DNA of 64,000 nucleotides from Emiliania huxleyi CCMP1516 (lineage: Eukaryota), in NCBI RefSeq assembly GCF_000372725.1, contig NW_005201792.1, forward strand, positions 871,440 through 935,439. Direction: 5' to 3'. A program made the position numbers and the translations under genes. Under the pieces are notes generated by a model. The model made no database searches and was not told the origin of the DNA. It worked only from the letters and a program-made list of their open reading frames with translations. Positions 58,975 through 64,000 of the stretch are shown here, in pieces. Numbering within the stretch: the first letter of the stretch is position 1; every line of letters starts with the position of its first letter.

Positions 58975-61155
58975 TTTTACACGACGCCCGTCGCCAGAAG
59001 CCTTTGATCTTGTTGATCAGCGCCTCGAGCGAGGCCGCGTCGGGTGGCGTCCAAGGCACGTTGTGCCCGCGGCCGCCGCCCGCCGCCACCCACCACGCCA
59101 CTGCCGGGTCGTCGGGCTCCGTGGCTGCGAGATCTCGCAGCCTCTTCCGCGTCTTCGAGCACCCGCCGCTTGAGTCGATCTGCCGCTCGAAGAATCGGGC
59201 GGCGGGCTCGCGCTCGTCCATCAAGCGAATGACCTCGTCGATGCTTTGCGGCAGTTCTGCCGAGGCCCCGGTCGAGGGCGGGGCGGCGGCGGCGGCGGCG
59301 GCCTCGACGTGCTGCCGCGCGCTGGCAAAGAGCTCTTGCTGCATGCGGAGCAGCTCCTCCTCGCTCAGCCCGTCGAGCGGCACCGCCCGCCTCGCCTTCT
59401 TCTTCCGCCGCCTCTTCTCGCCCTCGGGCGAGCTACGGCTGCAGCCGGCCTCGGCGGCGACAGTGGTCTCGGAAGTAGAGGCTCCTACAGCGACCGCGGC
59501 ATCGGCGGCGGCCTCGGCGGCGGGCTCGGCAGCGGCGGCCGCGGCGGCGGCAGCTGCGTGCTCTTCACGCAGCGCGTCGGCGAAGGGCGCGAGAGCCTCG
59601 AGCAGAAGCGCGCCGTACTTCTCCACCTTGACCTCCCCCATCCCGTGGCACTGCCGCAGCTCTTTGGGCGAGGAGGGCACTCGCTTGCACATGTCGACCA
59701 TCGTCCGATTGTTGCAGACGACAAACATCGACCTTGCGTCATGTGTGTTTTTCTCGAAGCAAATATGTGCGGCCCCCGCGAGCAGGGAAGAGGACCGCCG
59801 CAAGCGGCGTGGCGTGGGGCGGTTGAGCGTCCCTCCGGGGGCTCCTCTGCGCCGGGGAGGCGTTGTTGGAGGCTAGGTGCGTCCGTCGCCTTTTTCAAAC
59901 TCGGGTCCCACTCCGCTACGCTCCGACCCGAATTTGGAGGGCCATGAAGTTTAAGGTGTTGCTGCGCAAAAGGGGTGGCGCGCGGGCGGGCGGCGCGGCG
60001 GCGCCGAAAAGAAGCACTCACTGCTCACAAGAGGTAAGTTAAGTCATAATGTTAATGGGACACCAATCCTCACTCCTCGGTTACTGGACCGTCACGTGTT
60101 CAACGACGTTGAACAGTGTTCAACCACGGCGCTGTTCACAGCGCGCGCGGACGGCCGTTCTGCGAGTCCAGCTCCGCTGGACTTTTGTAAAGCATGCTTG
60201 TGGCAAGTTATAGACGCTAGTATCGACCTCAGAGACCCAAACCCGAATTAATAATTAAGGCTCAAAGTATGGTTGAACAACCGTTGAACAAACAGGTTGA
60301 ACAACGATATCCGACTAGTGCGACCGCTAGACGGCGGTCTCCGCCGGCCCCAAGGCTGCCCAGCCCCAGTACCACACCGGCCACGTGCACCGTAGCGCTG
60401 GAGTTGGTCAGTGAGGCACTAGACGGGCTACGGAACCATGCGCGCGCCGGCCGGATAGGCTGCGCGCAGGGGCCGCGCCGCCTCGATTTTGCATCTCCGC
60501 TCCGCGGCCGACTGAGGGGCCAGCTCGCCCGGCGACAAGCCCAGCCATCGCCCAGCGCCCCGTATTGACGGAGGGCACGCAAAAAACCCGCACCTACGAC
60601 TAGGGTGAGCCCGTGAGGGCGTCGGTGTCGGCCGCGGGCGGGCTGCGAGGAGGGCGCGGGTGGGAGCATGGGAGATGCACCACCGCTCGACGACAAACAT
60701 CGACGGAGTACACACGCCTCTCGAGACGTCGAGCGGGCCTTGGCGTTGCGAATCTCGCGGAGCGCGGAGTACACACGCCTCTCGAGCGGAGTGAGCCGCA
60801 GCCCCTCTTCTCGCTCGACAGGAAGGGCGTCCGGATCCTCCTCCTCCTCGGACGCAGACGCCGCGGCGGCGTCGCGGCCGCCAAGAACCAGAGGCCTCCT
60901 CTGCGCCTTGCGCCGTCGCCTACCCTCGTCCTCGTCGGGGTCGTGCTCGATGTAGACGTTTGGCGCCGGCATGTCCTTCAGCCTCGATGAGCGGCGTGAC
61001 GGCCCCGCCGCCGGACTCGCCTTGCGCTTGCCTTTTGCAGACGGCGCCGGCGGCGCCGCCGGCACCATCCCGTCGGCCAACCCGAGTCGGGCCAAATGCT
61101 CGTGGTTGCGGCGGATGTTCTCGAGCCGCTCCAGCTCGTAGGCGGAGAGAGACAT
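58975..61155 (-). CDS. HRDC-domain protein interrupted by a ~1 kb intron/insertion; may be a pseudogene
   Basis: LSAYELERLENIRRNHEHLARLGL; ERRVYSALREIRNAKAR ... SMFVVCNNRTMVDMCKRVPSSPKELRQCHGMGEVKVEKYGALLLEAL. Confidence 0.65.
59771..60000 (-). mobile_element. 3' block of the 20465-family element (inverted)
   Basis: Reverse complement of 41830-42067. Confidence 0.85.
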
Positions 61156-61298
61156 CTCGGGCCAAACTCACGCGGGCGTTGCTCAGAGGAGGCCAAGTTT
61201 GGGGACGCGACAGCGAGGAGTAACGCGGGAAATATGCCGCAAATGCGCGCCAACAGGGTTCGGCTCCTCGGGTTGGGTAGGGATCCTTGTGGGGCGGC

Positions 61299-62407
61299 CT
61301 GAGCCCTGGCTGTCAGGCTGTCGGATGCTGTCAGATACTGTCAGGCTGTCAGACCGGGGCTCAGAACCCTGAGCCCTGGTGTCGAGGTGTCGAGGCCCGG
61401 TGTCGAGGGTGTCGAGCTGCTGTCGAGGGATAGAGGTGTTGTAGCTCGATCGGTCACACCGCCATCGCCGCCGGGGAGAGGGGGGACGACACTGCTTCGG
61501 CAGCGTGCACCTCGATCCTATACCGTGTTTGTTATGACCCCCCCCAATGAACACTCCAGTGAGGGTGGGCGAGACGATCGAGGGGTCCCGTACCATGCGG
61601 AATCGACCCTATCCAGTGCTCAAGTGCTCAAGTGTCGAGGCCTGTCGAGGCCTGTCGAGGCCTGTCGAGGCCTGTCGAGGCCTGTCGAGGCCTGTCGAGG
61701 CTGAAACCATGCTTGACCGTGTCGAAGGGTGTCGAGGCACGAGGGGTGTCGAGGGGTGTCGAGGGGTGTCGAGGGTGTCGANNNNNNNNNNNNNNNNNNN
61801 NNNNNNNNNNNNNNNNNNNNNNNNNNNNNNNNNNNNNNNNNNNNNNNNNNNNNNNNNNNNNNNNNNNNNNNNNNNNNNNNNCGCTCCACGGGGGCTGTGA
61901 ACGAAGCCCTCAACGGGGAGCAGGTTGCTAAAAAGAGGGAAGTACGCACAAGTTCCACGGTGTCTAGGAGGAGGAAATAAAATCTGAGAAGGATGCGGGA
62001 GTGAGAGACCATACTAAGAGGGGGGGAGAAGCACTTTCCGGAGATCCCGTAATAAGCCCCAATCATCTGGAAGGGGGGGGGGGGGGGGGAGTTATAAAGT
62101 TTTGCAGTCAGATACGTAAGCAAGAAGAGAGCCGCTGGCAGGCCGCCGGCTGGATATGAGCGGTGTCGAGTGTGTCGAGCGGTGTCGACTGGGTGTCGAG
62201 CGGTGTCGAGCGGTGTCGAGCGGTGTCGAGGGGTGTCGAGGGGTGTCGAGGTGTCGAGTTTGGCACCTTGACACGGTCGAGCATGGTTTCAGCCTAGATG
62301 GTGTCGAGGGGTGTCGAGGGGTGTCGAGGGTGTCGAGTTGGCATGGGGTGTCGAGGTGTCGAGTCGGTGTCGAGGTTTGGTGTCGAGGTGTCGAGGCCAG
62401 GGCTCAG
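61299..62407. mobile_element. CTGAGCCCTGG-terminated elements: 66 bp mini copy (61299-61364) and TGTCGAG-repeat copy (61369-62407, spans a gap)
   Basis: CTGAGCCCTGG...CC(A/G)GGGCTCAG termini; many TGTCGAG units. Confidence 0.7.
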
Positions 62408-62844
62408 ATAAAAAGTCGGCCGTCCAGTTCCCCGGCCCTGGATGTGCGGTTGATGACTGCACTCCAAGTGCTCCAAGTGCGTCCGCGAGCCCTGGGCTCG
62501 CCGGCGGCGAGATAGATGCCACGGGGGGTCGCGGTGGCGTCCATCGCCAGGCTCCCTAGCTCAACCGACGACCCTCCTACCTCGGGATCGACGGCCGATC
62601 GTCATGGCGATCCGGTCGCGCGATTTCATATTCTCCGGTTCTCGCAACGCCGTCCTCGATCTCGCAAAGGCGCGGGCGACCCCGGCTGTCGCAAGGTCGT
62701 TCAAGGAGGGCTGGTGGGCGATCGAGCGCATCCTTTTCAGCTTCTTTCAGCACTCCAAGTTCACCACCCTCGCCGTCCCCAAGGCTGATGGCTTCAACGG
62801 CTCACACGACCAGGGCTAGTGGACTAACGTTAGAACGGTGTTGG

Positions 62845-63345
62845 CACGTTAACGGCTGTAATAGTTCATTATCGTATCCCTCGTGCTCAACGCCCTCCTC
62901 AATGTCGGCAATCGCCGCATCCACATCCTCCTCTTCCGCCTTTCGATACTTCTTGAGCGCATTCTTCAGCGGCGTCTTGCCACAGTTCTCGTACAGCTCC
63001 TCGAGCGCGTGTCGATGAATCCAGCGTCATTGCTGTCCTCTTTGAAGGTGCCTCGCGTGAGGTAGCACATGGCCTTGTCGGCAGCAGCCAGCCTGTTGCG
63101 CCGCTTCTTTGCGATGAGTTGCTCGGGCTCGCAGAAGCGCATGCCGAGCACTGCCTCAATCTTGAAGCAGAATGTCGGCACGACCGCATCGTCCGCACCG
63201 CCACCTGCCAGCCGCGCCTGGCGCAGCGCCGATGCTGCCTTTTGGCACCGGTAGCGAGCGCACATGGTGCGGTGCGCGTACTTGAGCAGGCGGTGCGAGC
63301 CGCAGTTGGCGCAGGGGCCCTGGGAGTAGGGCGCGCGCGGCATTG
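62845..63345 (-). pseudogene. Small Cys-cluster plus chromodomain-like protein with a frameshift, between 20 bp inverted repeats
   Basis: CANC..CARYRC; CFKIEAVLGMR..CYL..; after frameshift ALEELYENCGKTPLKNALKKY. Confidence 0.4.
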
Positions 63346-63597
63346 ACGCGGACCCAGGTATTTCTCGGGTATGCCCGGGGTTTTGCAGGTGTACCCGGGT
63401 TTTACCCGGAGGGTGTGCCAACACCGTTCTAACGGCGTGCTAACACTTGTTTTGAGACTGCCGTTAGACTGTGCTAACACCGACCTTTGCGCCAAGTGTT
63501 GGCACGATCTGTAGTCAGTGCTCCCCCTGAGGTGTGCTAACGTTAGAGCGGCCGTACACTGCTCGGTACCCCCCCTGCACAAATAAGCTCATGGCCG

Positions 63598-63722
63598 ACC
63601 CCCCCCCCAGCAGCAGCGCTCTGCTGCTGGGGGGGTCGGGACCCCCCCCCCCAGCAGCAGCGCTCTGCTGCTGGGGGGGTCCGGACCCCCCCCCCCAGCA
63701 GGAGCGCTCTGCCTGTGGGGGG
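63598..63722. repeat. Three tandem GC-clamped hairpin units
   Basis: CCCCCCCAGCAGCAG-CGCT-CTGCTGCTGGGGGG twice, plus a degenerate third. Confidence 0.9.
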
Positions 63723-64000
63723 TGCTGGCATCTCTGTACAGACAGCAGCTGTAAGTAGCATGCGTTCCAGTGGCGAGAATTTATGGTCGGCATCAAAATC
63801 AGTGGTCTCACCGGCGGGCCCTCCTACTGCCAACCGGGAGGTGCGGGGCACGCCAGCCTCTCTTCTACGCCTCTCGTGCCTCGCGGCGCCTCTGCTTCAA
63901 GGGGGGAAGATACGGCTCTCGCAGCCCATCATACGCCGTGGCACAGCGGGGAGCACAGCGGGCTGTACAAGATATTGTTCCCTATCTTCGCATGCTCATC

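Noticed and set aside
61632..61781. TGTCGAGGCC and TGTCGAGGGG arrays as possible CRISPR
   Set aside because: No unique spacers, no cas genes, eukaryotic context.
1..64000. Most long Arg/Ala/Pro/Gly-rich ORFs in the six-frame track
   Set aside because: Shadow frames caused by high GC and low-complexity repeats; no motifs.

Overview
Very GC-rich, intron-rich eukaryotic DNA with five assembly gaps. Mostly GC-AG introns filled with 10-11 bp tandem repeats, AP2 'LHLSS..TGY.GV' repeats and NHL-BTB genes suggest a haptophyte such as Emiliania/Gephyrocapsa huxleyi (inference). Recognisable genes: UvrD/FBH1-like helicase (3' part), OTU deubiquitinase, ZNFX1-like helicase, SDR, TTC1-like TPR protein, clathrin light chain, TTL-like ligase, rhodanese fragment, DD34E IS630/Tc1 transposase, NHL-BTB protein, Trf4-like nucleotidyltransferase, FUN14 protein and a split HRDC protein. 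They sit among many non-autonomous transposons. Most notable: (1) many introns start with a degenerate copy of the next exon's first 5-24 nt, suggesting intron birth by duplication; (2) the ZNFX1-like helicase has an in-frame insertion of about 600 aa with two AP2 domains inside its ATPase core; (3) a ~680 bp near-complete foldback lies inside a pogo element; (4) inverted ends 9.3 kb apart bracket a transposase and BTB sequences. Exon boundaries were read by eye and are approximate; no database searches were run.
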